Source: a virus
Lineage: Duplodnaviria; Caudoviricetes
Virus record (IMG/VR): IMGVR_UViG_3300049437_000244
Coordinates: 1-56,435 of that record
Direction: 5' to 3' (one strand)
Length of the DNA stretch: 56,435 nucleotides
Positions 28,037 to 38,328 of this stretch are shown one piece after another. Made by a program: the position numbers and the translations under genes. Under the pieces are notes generated by a model. It was given only the letters and a program-made list of their open reading frames with translations. It made no database searches and was not told where the DNA came from. Every line of letters starts with the position of its first letter. Positions within the stretch are counted from its first letter, which is position 1.

Positions 28037-31000
28037 TCAGGCCACCCTCGGGGTCAGGGAGCGCGAATAGCGGCGCACCGTCGAGACGATCTGGGCGGAG
28101 GAGGTCCTCGATGACGAGGCCTGGGTGACGTTCTGGGAGACCTGGGGCGTCCCGCCGCCCCCCACCGCCGCCAGGCGCTCGAGGTTCGTTGCCGCTCTGC
28201 CAGCGGCGTCCGAGAGGACGTTCATGCGGGCCGTCGTCTGCTCGAGGGCGGGGTCCAGGCCCGTGGGCGCCGTGAGGGCGTTGGCGGCGTCCTGAGTCGC
28301 TCCCTTGAAGATCTCGGCTGCCCCCTCCATCGCCGTCCGGAGGGGCTCGAGGGAGTCGAGGGCGCCCTGCCCGAGTCGTTCCATCGCGTCCCGCATCACG
28401 CGGTCGAGCTCGCCCAGGGTGAACGAGAGCTGGCCGATCACCGACGAGGCCTCGGTCACGTTCCCCGAGATCAGACCCGTCGCCGTCGCGAGAGTCGTCT
28501 CGAGCTCCTGCGCCATGGCCTCGGCCCGCTCGCGGAGCACGTCGAGAGTCGTCTGGGCCAGCCCCCGGGCCCGCTCGAGCTGCTCCTGCGCCCAAGCGAT
28601 CGCCTCCTCTCTCTTCACGTCGTCCTTCCCGAAGGTACCGACGTAGCGGTTCGTGAGGCTCTGGATCTCCGCGGTGATCGCTGCGATCTCGGCCGGCGAC
28701 GTCGCCGCCTTCAATTCCTCCTGGAGCTCCTTGACCCGCTGCGTGATCGCGTCCGCCTGGCCCGTGGCGTCCATCTCCCCTACGCCGAGCTCCCATATCT
28801 GGGAGTCGATCGACTTGTTGATCGAAGCCGACGTCGAGGCGATGTCCGCGAGGAAGGTCTTGAGGTTCCCGTACATGGTCTCGGCCGAGTCCGCCACGCC
28901 CTCGATCGCGGCGATCTGGTCGAGCCCGCTCTTCTGCGCGGCCGCGGAGACGAGCGCCGAGATGCCGACGACCTCGGAGCCCCACGCGGCGAGCGGGTTC
29001 TCCGCTGCGAAGGCCTCCGAGGCCACGGACCCGCTGATGCTCCCCAGCTTTCCGCCTAGGCCCGAGAGCCTCTCGAGGAGAGCCTTCCCTCGCGTGACCC
29101 TCTCGGCCATCGTCCGGAACAGCGCGTCGATCGCCTCCTGGGCCTCGGCGACGGCGGCCTCAACGACAGCCGGGTCGACGGCGTTCCGGATTCTTCCCCA
29201 GACTCCAGCGATGGCCCCCCACTGCGAGCTGTTCGCCTCCTCCTCGCCGAGCGGCCGGAGGAAGTCCCGCATCGCGCCGCGCTGGGCCTGGATCGAGGCC
29301 GACATCTTCTCGACGGCGATCTGGAGCTTCCGGAGGTACTCGAGGACCGACTCCCAGAGCTGAGAGGAGAGCGCCTGGGCCTCCTTCGTCTTCTGGAGCT
29401 GGACGTCGCCCGAGTAGGTACCGAGAACGTCGAAGAGGTCGGCGATGTCCTGCGCGGCGCCCCCGAAGCCGGCCGCCGCTGACGTGCTCGCCTCCTCGCT
29501 GAAGGTCGCCCAGGTCTCCTCGACCGTCTTCCCCATGGCGGTACCGAGACGTTCGAACTCGAGGAGGACGCCCACGAGGCCCTCGATGTAGGCCAGGATC
29601 TTCTCCGGGTCCTCGTACGGGATCATCGCCGCGAGGTCGGCGATCTTCTGTGGGATCACGCCGAGGTCTCGGAGCATCGCCGGGATCGGCGCCTCCGGGT
29701 CGAAGAGGAGCTTCGTCAGGTCGAGATTCGGGGCGTTCCAGTCGATTCCCGGGATGCCGCCCGGCGCGTCGCGGTCGAAGGCGGGGAGGTTTCCCGTCTG
29801 CCCGAACATCGCCGCCAGGGTGATCCTCGGAAGCATCTTCTTCAGGAAGACCTCGGTGTCCTTCTGGATGTCCGCGTCGGACCCAGCGGCGATGTCGATC
29901 CTCGCGCCGGCGAGCGAGTCGCGGAGGGTCTTCTGGTAGGCGGCGAAGAGCTCGGCCGCCTTGTCCTTCGCGCCGAGGCGGAGGAGGTCGAAGAACCTGC
30001 CGCCCTGGACCTCGAAGACGTCGCGCGCGTCGCGCTCGATGTCGGACGTCGGGGCGCCCAGTCCGCCGACCCACTCGCCGTCCTCGAGGCCGCCGCCCTT
30101 CTTCGTGACCCACTTCCCGGTCACGTTCCCGAGCATGTTGTCGAAGGCGGCGCGGAGGTGCGTCTCGGTGTTCGGGGAGGCGAGGGCCCCAGCGATCAGG
30201 CCGACGACCGCCCCGACGAGGGCCCCGACGAGCGTCCCGAGCCCGGGGATGATCGAGCCAATCGACGCCCCGATCATCGCCCCCGTCTGGTTGTACTTCC
30301 CGCCGCCGAACTGGCCGACGAGGGAGCCGAGTCCGAGGCCGACCCCGACGCGAGCGCCAGCGTTCGCGATACCGCCCCCGGCCGGGTTCGCCATGTCGCC
30401 CCACCCCTGGGCAACGCCGAAGACGCCGCCGGAGGTGCCGCCGGCGAGGGAGGTGGGCGGCCCCATCTCGTCGGGCCCGAGCGCCGTTTCCCCCATCTTC
30501 GCCTGCGTCGCGATCCACCGTTGCAGCATGTCCGAGAGGTAGCGCGAGAAGGTCTGGAGGATCGACTCCCAGAGGTTCCGGAAAACGTCCTTGAGGTCAT
30601 CGAGCCGGCCCGAGATGACGGTGAAGAAGGTGTCGTCGAAGGACTGAGCCATGGACCGCCAGACGTCTCGCACGGCCGTCGCGGCGGACTCAGCGGCGCT
30701 CGGGAGCGTCGCGAAGATCGAGAGGAGACCCGCCTTGACGCCGGCCCTTTCGTCGTCCGGGTTGAACCGCAGGAGGTCCTCAGCGTCCCTCTGCCAGTCC
30801 TTCCGGGCCTGTTCGAGGATGCCGACGAACTCCTCGACGGCCGCCTCGCCGGTACGGAAGAGGGCCAGGCTCTTCTGCTCCCAGGTCTGGACGAGAGCGA
30901 TGTAGGACCGCCCTTCTTCCTTCGCTGCCGCGAGGAATCGCTTCGTGCTGTCCTCGGCCTTCGCGTTCGTGGTCTCGATCACCTCGAGCTGGCTGATCAG

Positions 31001-32668
31001 GCCGACCAGGGGACCGACGTCCTGCGTCCACTGGCTCGTCCCGGTGTCGAAGAAGGTCTTCCTGAGCTCGTCCTTCATCTTCCGGGCCTTCTCGGCGATC
31101 TCCGCGAGCTTCTTCTCGAGGCCTGTCAGTCCGGCGAGCTTCACCTCCCCGCGCAGCGTCGCGAGGAGCTCCGCGTACTTGCCCTTCGCCTCCTCCTGTT
31201 TCTGCGCGAAGGCCGAGGCGGCGTTCTTCGCCCGCATCGTCTCCTCGGTCATCGCGGCCATCGCCGAACGGACCTCGTCCTGGGTGACGAGTCCGTCCTC
31301 GTCCAGCTGGAAGACGCGAAGCATGATCGCCTCGCGCTCTCTCATCGAGACGTTCAGGAGCTCCTCGGCCGCGTTCGCCTCGATCGTGAGCGCGTACTTC
31401 TTCCCAAGGACCTCGATGAACTTGACCTGGGTATCCGCGGCGCGCTTCCAGGCGTCGTCGGCCTTGGCCTCGAAGTTCCACTTGATCAGGTAGCCGACGG
31501 CGGTGGCGATAGCCGCACCGAGGGCGACCCAGCCGAGCGTCGCGATGGAGACCGTTCCGATGAGCGCGGCAACCGCCGTGTCCGTCGCCGCGGACGCCCC
31601 GATGACGGCGTAGAGCCCCTTCGTCGCGAGGCCAGAGAGCTTCGAGAACGCCAGGCCGCCGGCGATGGCCGTTAGGCCCACGGTGCCGAGGTTGTCGACG
31701 AGCGAGGTGAGCCCGCCCGTGATGGCCGTGAGCGCCGGAACGATCGGCGCGAACGCCGCGAGGAAGTCGGTACCCGCCTTCACGGCGACGACGCCGAGCC
31801 CGGCGACGGCCTGGACGAGGGGCCCGACCGCACGGAGCGCGTCCGCGAGGCTCTGGCCGATGGCTCCGAGGCCTTCCGTGAGTCCCCCGAGCGCCCCTCC
31901 CATCCCCGCGGCCTGGGCCTTGATCTCGCGGAAGAGCGGAGCGAAGGCCTCGCCGCTGATCTGGTCCATGGCGTCGCCCAGGTTTGAGACGACGGTCGAG
32001 AAGTTTCCCAGCGACTGCGCGGCCACGTCGGCGAACGGCTTCAGCTTGGAGATGAAATAGTCCCCGAGGTCCCCTCCGCTCTTCCGGACCTCGTCGAGCT
32101 CCTCCTTGTTGATCTTCAGCGTGCGCGTGAGCGTGTTGTCGGGCCCCTGCTCGCCAGTGAAGAGCGCCCGGAGCTCCTGGCTCGTCTGCCGGCTGTCGAG
32201 CCCGAGGGCCGCGACGGCCTGGGAGGCCGAGACGGTGATCTCCCGGATCTTCGAGAGCGAAGTGATGCCCGCGGCGGTAGCCGGGCCGTAGGCCGTCTGG
32301 AAGCCCTTCACGAGCTCCTGGTAGCTCGCCGCCGTCGTGAGGGCCGCCTTCCGGAGGTCTCTCTGGACACCCTCCGCGATCCTGAAGGCCTGGGTGAGCG
32401 AGGCCGCAGGTCCGAGCGCCCTCCCGTAGGAATCCGTGAGCGTGTTGTTCGCCAGGACGAGGGATGCGATGCCGGAGCGCGAGTCCTCCAGCGTCTTCTG
32501 GAAGTCGATCCCCTGTTTGATCAGCGCCCCGAGGCCTGCGGCCCCCGCCGTCAGCCCCGCCATCGCGAGGAACTGGCCGATCAGCGAACGCACGGCCCCA
32601 GAGACGCCGTTCACGACGGACGATGCCTTGTCGTGCGCCAGGAGCGTCAGCTCGACCGTGTTCGCCAC
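28037..32668 (-). CDS. Tape measure protein
   Basis: 1543 aa, Ala/Gly-rich and helical; follows the tail chaperones. Confidence 0.9.
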   Translation of the reverse strand: MANTVELTLLAHDKASSVVNGVSGAVRSLIGQFLAMAGLTAGAAGLGALIKQGIDFQKTLEDSRSGIASLVLANNTLTDSYGRALGPAASLTQAFRIAEGVQRDLRKAALTTAASYQELVKGFQTAYGPATAAGITSLSKIREITVSASQAVAALGLDSRQTSQELRALFTGEQGPDNTLTRTLKINKEELDEVRKSGGDLGDYFISKLKPFADVAAQSLGNFSTVVSNLGDAMDQISGEAFAPLFREIKAQAAGMGGALGGLTEGLGAIGQSLADALRAVGPLVQAVAGLGVVAVKAGTDFLAAFAPIVPALTAITGGLTSLVDNLGTVGLTAIAGGLAFSKLSGLATKGLYAVIGASAATDTAVAALIGTVSIATLGWVALGAAIATAVGYLIKWNFEAKADDAWKRAADTQVKFIEVLGKKYALTIEANAAEELLNVSMREREAIMLRVFQLDEDGLVTQDEVRSAMAAMTEETMRAKNAASAFAQKQEEAKGKYAELLATLRGEVKLAGLTGLEKKLAEIAEKARKMKDELRKTFFDTGTSQWTQDVGPLVGLISQLEVIETTNAKAEDSTKRFLAAAKEEGRSYIALVQTWEQKSLALFRTGEAAVEEFVGILEQARKDWQRDAEDLLRFNPDDERAGVKAGLLSIFATLPSAAESAATAVRDVWRSMAQSFDDTFFTVISGRLDDLKDVFRNLWESILQTFSRYLSDMLQRWIATQAKMGETALGPDEMGPPTSLAGGTSGGVFGVAQGWGDMANPAGGGIANAGARVGVGLGLGSLVGQFGGGKYNQTGAMIGASIGSIIPGLGTLVGALVGAVVGLIAGALASPNTETHLRAAFDNMLGNVTGKWVTKKGGGLEDGEWVGGLGAPTSDIERDARDVFEVQGGRFFDLLRLGAKDKAAELFAAYQKTLRDSLAGARIDIAAGSDADIQKDTEVFLKKMLPRITLAAMFGQTGNLPAFDRDAPGGIPGIDWNAPNLDLTKLLFDPEAPIPAMLRDLGVIPQKIADLAAMIPYEDPEKILAYIEGLVGVLLEFERLGTAMGKTVEETWATFSEEASTSAAAGFGGAAQDIADLFDVLGTYSGDVQLQKTKEAQALSSQLWESVLEYLRKLQIAVEKMSASIQAQRGAMRDFLRPLGEEEANSSQWGAIAGVWGRIRNAVDPAVVEAAVAEAQEAIDALFRTMAERVTRGKALLERLSGLGGKLGSISGSVASEAFAAENPLAAWGSEVVGISALVSAAAQKSGLDQIAAIEGVADSAETMYGNLKTFLADIASTSASINKSIDSQIWELGVGEMDATGQADAITQRVKELQEELKAATSPAEIAAITAEIQSLTNRYVGTFGKDDVKREEAIAWAQEQLERARGLAQTTLDVLRERAEAMAQELETTLATATGLISGNVTEASSVIGQLSFTLGELDRVMRDAMERLGQGALDSLEPLRTAMEGAAEIFKGATQDAANALTAPTGLDPALEQTTARMNVLSDAAGRAATNLERLAAVGGGGTPQVSQNVTQASSSRTSSAQIVSTVRRYSRSLTPRVA

Positions 32669-33063
32669 TATTCCCCCGCCTTAGCCGGCTTCCAGGCCTC
32701 GAGCTGGTCCGCTTCGAGGACTCTGAGGTACAAGAGAACCTCGGCGTCGACCTCGATCTTCAGGATCCTGCCGGCGAGGTCGACGATGCCCGGGTAGTCC
32801 AGACCGATCGGGCTCATTCCCACTCGCCACTGCGAGAAGAACGTGTCGAAGACCCGTAGCGCGAGGAGCGCCGAGGGATTCGTGAGAGCCGCGGCAGCCT
32901 TCGCCACCGCGGCCTCGCGTGCGCATTCCTCCGAGCCGGACTTCGAGCAGAGGGCGGACAGCCCCTGGGTCATCAGCCTTCCGACTCCCCGGCACTCGAC
33001 GCACGTGTCCCCCTTCTTTCCGCGCAGCGCGCGCCTGGCCTGCGCGAAGGCGGTCAGTTTCCC
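32668..33063 (-). CDS. Tail assembly chaperone, -1 frameshift extension (gpGT-like)
   Basis: Frame entered at the slippery G GGA AAC. SQWRVGMSPIGLDY...LRVLEA is DUF1799-like. Confidence 0.75.
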   Translation of the reverse strand, partial: GKLTAFAQARRALRGKKGDTCVECRGVGRLMTQGLSALCSKSGSEECAREAAVAKAAAALTNPSALLALRVFDTFFSQWRVGMSPIGLDYPGIVDLAGRILKIEVDAEVLLYLRVLEADQLEAWKPAKAGE

Positions 33064-33416
33064 GAGGTCACCTCGACCTCGTCCTTCTCCGTCTCGTCGA
33101 GCGCCTTCGCCAGCTTCGCGATCGCGCCCACGAGCTTCTCGTGCTCCCGCAGGCGGAGGAACTTCCGGGCCGCCTCCGGAGGCTTCCCGAGGAGAGGCCG
33201 CGTGCCGTCGGCCATCGTGAGCGACTCGATGACGAGACGGGCGCACTCGGCGCCGAACTCGGCGAGATCCTCGAAGTCCATCTCCCCGGGGATGAACTTC
33301 CGGCTGTGCTCCTTCCGGAGGTTCTTCGAGGCGCGCTCGAGGACGTCCTTCCCGAGCGGAGCGATCTCGACGGTGCAGAGGGGCTGACCGTTGACGTTGA
33401 AGGTCGTAGTGGCCAT
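33054..33416 (-). CDS. Tail assembly chaperone (gpG-like)
   Basis: Between tail tube and TMP; ends at the GGGAAAC heptamer. Confidence 0.75.
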   Translation of the reverse strand: MATTTFNVNGQPLCTVEIAPLGKDVLERASKNLRKEHSRKFIPGEMDFEDLAEFGAECARLVIESLTMADGTRPLLGKPPEAARKFLRLREHEKLVGAIAKLAKALDETEKDEVEVTSGN

Positions 33417-33433
33417 GGGCCTTTCCTTTCAGC

Positions 33434-34402
33434 TCAGATGTACTCGGTATCGGGGTCGACGCCGATGCTGGATTCGAACTCGACGCCGGTGCCGGTGGCG
33501 GGGTCCTCGAAACCCTGGAAGGTGACGGGGACGTTGATGAGCCCGTCCTTGATGGCCGGGCCGGTGGGCTCGAGGACCACGTGGTAGGTGACGCCCCAGC
33601 TCCGGCCGACCGCGACCTGCCAGACGAACTCGAGGTCGGTCACCCCGCCGCCCGTGACGAGCGTCAGAGCTCCGACGGACTCGAGGGCGATATCGAGGTT
33701 CCCACCGAGGCCGTGGGTCATCGGGACGAGCGAGCCGTTACCGAGCAGCCCGGCCCGGGGGTCGTCCTGGAGCTTCGCGTCGCCCGTGAGCTGGCCGCCC
33801 TTGACGTAACCGACGGTGACACCGCCGACCTTCACGGCGCCCGTGATGAGGAACGCCTGGTCGATCGGGTCCTCGATCGTCCAGTCGTCGAGCGCGGCGT
33901 CGTAGGCGACGTCCTCGTACGTGACGTTCTTCGCCTTCACGCCGAGATTCAGGAGGAGCGGCCCCTCGTGGGCGATCGGGATCGTCCAGTTGTTGACCCT
34001 GACGCCCGTCGCCCGGGCGTACTTCATCGTCCCGTTGATGTCGAGGCTCCCCTCGATGATCGCGCTCGCGGGCATCGTGTTCCCGAGCTCCGAGGTGGCG
34101 AGCCACGGGGCCGCCGCGCCCGTCTTCACGAGCGTGCCCGTGATGAGCTTCTGGAAGAAGGGCAGGACCTGGACGTTCGGGACGATCTGGATGGTCCCGG
34201 CCGGCTTCGGCGCGCCCGGGAACGGCTTCGCCGGGTTCCAGCCCGAGCGCAGCGAGGGGTTGGGGATGAGTCCCCGGTTCGGCAGGATGCTGCACTCGAC
34301 GATCGAGATCTTCCGGCCCTTCGGAACCGCCTTCGCGACCCCCCAGGACTGCTCGAAGTCGACCACGACGACCGATCTGTTTCCGATGGCGGGATCGCCC
34401 AT
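33434..34402 (-). CDS. Major tail (tube) protein
   Basis: 322 aa, beta-rich, EQSWG motif, canonical position. Confidence 0.75.
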   Translation of the reverse strand: MGDPAIGNRSVVVVDFEQSWGVAKAVPKGRKISIVECSILPNRGLIPNPSLRSGWNPAKPFPGAPKPAGTIQIVPNVQVLPFFQKLITGTLVKTGAAAPWLATSELGNTMPASAIIEGSLDINGTMKYARATGVRVNNWTIPIAHEGPLLLNLGVKAKNVTYEDVAYDAALDDWTIEDPIDQAFLITGAVKVGGVTVGYVKGGQLTGDAKLQDDPRAGLLGNGSLVPMTHGLGGNLDIALESVGALTLVTGGGVTDLEFVWQVAVGRSWGVTYHVVLEPTGPAIKDGLINVPVTFQGFEDPATGTGVEFESSIGVDPDTEYI

Positions 34403-34423
34403 GACGTGCTCCTTTCTGCTGAG

Positions 34424-34882
34424 CTACTCGTTGCCGAAGTACGCGAACGTCTCGAAGCGCGCGATCAAGATGACCGCGCTCTGGCGCGGGTGGCGCACGG
34501 TCGCGAAGTCCATGAAGATGAACGGGAAGTTGAAGGGGTTCTGGTGGAAGTCGAGGACCTTGTTGATCAGCCCGAGGACCTTCCTCACCTCGTCACGGCC
34601 AGCGACGGAGCCCTCTCCTTCCGCCGCCGCGGCGACGGAGATCTCGTAGCCAATCCGGCCCTTGAACTTCTTCTGACCGATGCCGAGGTCTTCCGGCTTT
34701 CCCGCCCGCACCATGTCAACGTCGGCCACGCCCACCGCCGGAAGCTGTCCCTCGAGGTCACGCGAAAGGAAGTCCTCGCCCCCGACGGAAGGGAGGATTC
34801 GCCCGACGCCGAGCGACTCGGGCGTGCCGAGGGCCGCCACGATGTCAGCGTTGAGGGCCTCGAGGACCTCGTCGTCTCTCAC
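34424..34882 (-). CDS. Tail terminator-like protein
   Basis: Position upstream of the tail tube; LPAV motif; GTGA coupling. Confidence 0.55.
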   Translation of the reverse strand: MRDDEVLEALNADIVAALGTPESLGVGRILPSVGGEDFLSRDLEGQLPAVGVADVDMVRAGKPEDLGIGQKKFKGRIGYEISVAAAAEGEGSVAGRDEVRKVLGLINKVLDFHQNPFNFPFIFMDFATVRHPRQSAVILIARFETFAYFGNE

Positions 34883-35625
34883 GCGAGCTGCCCTCCACGA
34901 GGGCCCTTGTCGGGGTTGCCGCCGGACGCTGGTGCGGAGGACGGTAGGCGGCCGTCGACGAGGTACCGACCGGTCATGTCGATCAGGTCCGGCATCCACT
35001 CCTGCCGCCAGTGGCCGAAGTGGTAGCCCTTCTGGTTGATCTGCCGGCGCGCGGCCGCGATCCGCTCGATACCCCTCGTCCGGCCGGCGTAGCGCGCCGT
35101 CCTGGACCGAAGGTTCGAACCGGTCCTGACCCTGCTCTTCCGGTAGATCCCCGGCCCTTCCGGTCCGTGGAAGAGGAAGAACGACCCGGGGTAGCGCGCC
35201 GCGATCGCGGACCGCCCCCGGGGCCAGCCCCGCGCCTCCGTCATGCTCAGCGGCGGGCTGAGCGGGATCAGGAGGAACCTCCCGCGCGGTCGGATTGGGC
35301 CGCCCCTGTCGAGCTGCATGGCGTACCTGACGCCGGTCCAGACCCGCACGTCGCTCGAGGTCGCCCTCCACGCCCAGGAGTTGACGAGGCGCGCAGTGTC
35401 GACGAGCGGCCGCCCCCCTGACCGCCACGCCCGGTAACGCGCCGACGGTGCCGACCACCCGGGCCGGTTCTCGCGAATCGTTGCCGGCATGTGCCGGAGC
35501 GCGACCCTCTGGCCGATCGCCGAGAGAAGTCGACCCCGCCCTGGTGGGGTGGTCCTCTGCACGATCCCCCGCAGGGTCGCCGTGACCTCCTTGTCGCCGG
35601 CGACGCGGCCCATGAGCTGCAGCAC
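34879..35625 (-). CDS. Virion morphogenesis / tail completion protein (Mu G-like)
   Basis: PLVDTARLVNS...VWTGVRYAMQL..GG.IRP. Confidence 0.7.
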   Translation of the reverse strand: MLQLMGRVAGDKEVTATLRGIVQRTTPPGRGRLLSAIGQRVALRHMPATIRENRPGWSAPSARYRAWRSGGRPLVDTARLVNSWAWRATSSDVRVWTGVRYAMQLDRGGPIRPRGRFLLIPLSPPLSMTEARGWPRGRSAIAARYPGSFFLFHGPEGPGIYRKSRVRTGSNLRSRTARYAGRTRGIERIAAARRQINQKGYHFGHWRQEWMPDLIDMTGRYLVDGRLPSSAPASGGNPDKGPRGGQLA

Positions 35626-35627
35626 GG

Positions 35628-36275
35628 CTACCAGTCCCCCGTCGGGTCGTTGGGCGGGCCGAAGACGGCCGGCTCCGAACCGGTGAGGGCTTCGGCCTCA
35701 GCCTCGAGCTCGGAGTCGCTCTCGCTGAGGTTCAGGACGATGTCCCCCCTCGCGACGTCCTCGAGCCAGCGAATCGCAGCCCGGTACTCCATCTCGACCG
35801 GGTCGACGACGTCGAGGTTCCGACGGCCGCGCAGCCGGACCGTGGCGACGAGGAGCCCCTTGTCCTTCAGGGTCTCGAGGAGGCCGGTGTCGGAGATCGG
35901 CTCGTTGGCACGGACGTAGCCCGAGAGGAACGAGGAGACGCTCGCGCAAACCTTGTCGAGGACGTCGGCGTTCTTGGCCCCGGCGTCGACGGTGACGGAC
36001 ACGACCGTCCCGACCGGAGGAGGGGCGCCGAGGATGATCTGGTCGCGCTCGCCTGTGCCGGTGCCCCTCGAGAGAGTCGGCGCTGGTGCCGTCACCACGT
36101 CGCCGTTGAGGTAGCCCTTGATCGAGGTCACCTCGACGAAGGGCGTGTTCCAGGTCGTCCTGACGCCATCGCCGGTGCCGACCACCCAGCGCCTCGCGGT
36201 GTCAGTCGTCAGCTTCGCCTGCGAGTCGTGCGACAGCGCGGCGAGGAGGTCGGCCCGGGAGAAATACGTGGGCAT
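35628..36275 (-). CDS. Head-tail adaptor (Mu gp36/DUF1320-like) with inserted domain
   Basis: MPTYFSRADL N-terminus and YRAAIRWLEDVARGDIVL C-terminus. Confidence 0.7.
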   Translation of the reverse strand: MPTYFSRADLLAALSHDSQAKLTTDTARRWVVGTGDGVRTTWNTPFVEVTSIKGYLNGDVVTAPAPTLSRGTGTGERDQIILGAPPPVGTVVSVTVDAGAKNADVLDKVCASVSSFLSGYVRANEPISDTGLLETLKDKGLLVATVRLRGRRNLDVVDPVEMEYRAAIRWLEDVARGDIVLNLSESDSELEAEAEALTGSEPAVFGPPNDPTGDW

Positions 36276-36817
36276 CAGAGCCCCACGGCCTTGTAGCCAG
36301 CGGCCCAGCGCATAACTGGCTGGACGTAGGACTCGAAGTTCTTCGGGGACGGGTGCCCCCAGTTGTAGGCCGACACCGCGTCCTCGACGTCGTTGCGCGC
36401 GAGGAGCCAAGCGAAGTGACGGCACCCGTGCTCGAGGCCAGCCTCTGGCTCGCAGAGGTCGGTGAAATAGACGCCGCGGAAGCCGTGCTCTCGAGCGACA
36501 GCGCCCATGACCTGGATGAGCCCCCAGGACGCCTGCTGCCCCCACCACTCCTGGTCGAGCGGTCCCCCGAGCTTCGAGAAGTCCGCGGGAGGCACCTCGG
36601 AAGCGATCTCGACCGCCGTCTGCTCGCGGAACGGCTTCCCCTTCGCCACGTCCCAGAGGTACCGGTACTTCGGCTCGGGGTTCCAAGCGTGCGGGACGAA
36701 CGACGACTCCTTCGCAGCGATGGCCGCGAGGAGGTGCACCGGGATCGCATGCCGGTTCGCCGCGGCGACGATGTACGCGGCGATGGCGGGCGGGACGGCG
36801 GGGAGGGCGGCACTCAC
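36275..36817 (-). CDS. Endolysin, SLT lytic transglycosylase
   Basis: AIAAKESSF, SWGLIQVM and AVSAYNWG. Confidence 0.9.
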   Translation of the reverse strand: MSAALPAVPPAIAAYIVAAANRHAIPVHLLAAIAAKESSFVPHAWNPEPKYRYLWDVAKGKPFREQTAVEIASEVPPADFSKLGGPLDQEWWGQQASWGLIQVMGAVAREHGFRGVYFTDLCEPEAGLEHGCRHFAWLLARNDVEDAVSAYNWGHPSPKNFESYVQPVMRWAAGYKAVGL

Positions 36818-37200
36818 CGGCCGCCCCTCCGGACCTGCGCCTCGAGCCGGATCACCGCGTCGTGCGTCTCGCGGACGTCCTTCGCGAGGGCGTCGAGCTG
36901 CTGCTGCAGGCGGGCCTTCTCGGCGTCGTCGACAGCCGAGCTCTGCTCGACGAGCTTCATCGCGAGGACGAGGGCGGCGTGTGCCTGGGGGTCCTTGTTG
37001 TGCTCTTCGACGACCTCCTTGGCGGAGGCGCGGAGGATCTGGTTCGCGGGGACGTAGACGCCGCCCCCTCCAGCGACGAGCCCTCCGACGAGTCCGAGGA
37101 CCGCGTAACGCTGAGAGACGACGCGCGGAGCGCGACCAGAACGGGAGCGAAGGAACTCCCCTTCGCTCCCGTCCGCCAGTGTCACGCGGTCGCCAGCCAT
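36814..37200 (-). CDS. Membrane protein (holin/antiholin-like)
   Basis: One TM plus coiled coil; upstream of the endolysin. Confidence 0.5.
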   Translation of the reverse strand: MAGDRVTLADGSEGEFLRSRSGRAPRVVSQRYAVLGLVGGLVAGGGGVYVPANQILRASAKEVVEEHNKDPQAHAALVLAMKLVEQSSAVDDAEKARLQQQLDALAKDVRETHDAVIRLEAQVRRGGR

Positions 37201-37466
37201 CAGCCCCCCCCGCCGCCGTTCTTCGGCCGGTCGAAGAACGAAAGACCGGTCTGGACGCTCTCCTTCCGGGCCGTCAGCCAGGCCCAGCCGTAGAGCGCTC
37301 CGAGGGCGAGGAAGTAGCCGGCGACGGCCTGCCAGTCACCCGCGAAAGTGAAGCTCTCGGAGGTCAGCTTCGCGACGAGGAGGCCGAGAACGAGGGTCCC
37401 GCCGCCGGCGCCGACGGAAACGCCGGCGGTCGCGAGGGCGGGCTTCTGAGGAGGCTGCGTGCTCAT
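37200..37466 (-). CDS. Putative holin (2 TM)
   Basis: 88 aa, two TM helices, lysis cluster. Confidence 0.55.
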   Translation of the reverse strand: MSTQPPQKPALATAGVSVGAGGGTLVLGLLVAKLTSESFTFAGDWQAVAGYFLALGALYGWAWLTARKESVQTGLSFFDRPKNGGGGG

Positions 37467-37480
37467 GCTCGGCGCCTCCG

Positions 37481-37810
37481 TCAGGAAGGGTCGACGGGCG
37501 CCTCCGGCCCGTAGAAGGTCGCCATGTCGATCGGCTCGAGCTTCCCGCCCTTCCTCTCGATCGCTTCGGCGAGCATCTCGTCGGTGATCTCGACGCCGTC
37601 CGGCAGGATGTCGAGGACGTTCGCGAGGGGGCGGAGGCCCCAGGTCCGGATGAGCTTCCCGACGCCCTTCCCGATGACCGGGATCTTGTCGAGGAGCTCC
37701 GACCCACCCGGGAGGCCGGCGATGACGAGCACGACGCCGAGGACGTCCCGGGTGATCTTCAGGATCTTCGAGCCGAGGCTCGGCTTGGTGGGGGTAGGGG
37801 CAGCGCTCAC
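37481..37810 (-). CDS. Small membrane protein
   Basis: Hydrophobic segment; coupled ORF. Confidence 0.55.
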   Translation of the reverse strand: MSAAPTPTKPSLGSKILKITRDVLGVVLVIAGLPGGSELLDKIPVIGKGVGKLIRTWGLRPLANVLDILPDGVEITDEMLAEAIERKGGKLEPIDMATFYGPEAPVDPS

Positions 37811-38328
37811 GGTCCAGTCCTCCCGTTCCAGTAGTCCGCGAGCTTCCGAAGCTCGCTGTCATCGAATGGGACGCCGGCTTCCTTCACCGCCGAGGCCAGG
37901 TCGACCATGCCGGCGATGGCGTGGCCGACTGCTCCGATGAGGTCAGCTGGCGCCGCGCTTCCTTTCTTCACGGCGAGGCGGATCTCGTTCCCTCCTCGAA
38001 TCGCGTCCTTGGCCGTGTTGCTCACGGTGATGGCGCGGTTCACGGCCTCGGGGTCGAACGGGATCGGAACGCCCAACGCCTTGCAGGCTTCGAGCGAAGG
38101 CGTGACGGGCGGCGCCTGTGCGCGAGCGACCTCGCCGCACCTCAGGCCGGCGGCCACGGATTGCGCGCGCGCGTCCTTCAGCGCGTTGTAGCTCGCGTCC
38201 TGGAGCTCGTTGAGCCCGAAGAGGACCTTCTTCGCGACGCTGTCGAGGTCGCAGGCGCCGAGGATGAGGACGAGGAAGAGGGCGAGCGGGGCCGCCAGGC
38301 CCCGCCCGCGGAGGAGGCGGGGGCTCAC
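37807..38328 (-). CDS. Lipoprotein (possible spanin component)
   Basis: Signal peptide with lipobox LGAC. Confidence 0.6.
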   Translation of the reverse strand: MSPRLLRGRGLAAPLALFLVLILGACDLDSVAKKVLFGLNELQDASYNALKDARAQSVAAGLRCGEVARAQAPPVTPSLEACKALGVPIPFDPEAVNRAITVSNTAKDAIRGGNEIRLAVKKGSAAPADLIGAVGHAIAGMVDLASAVKEAGVPFDDSELRKLADYWNGRTGP

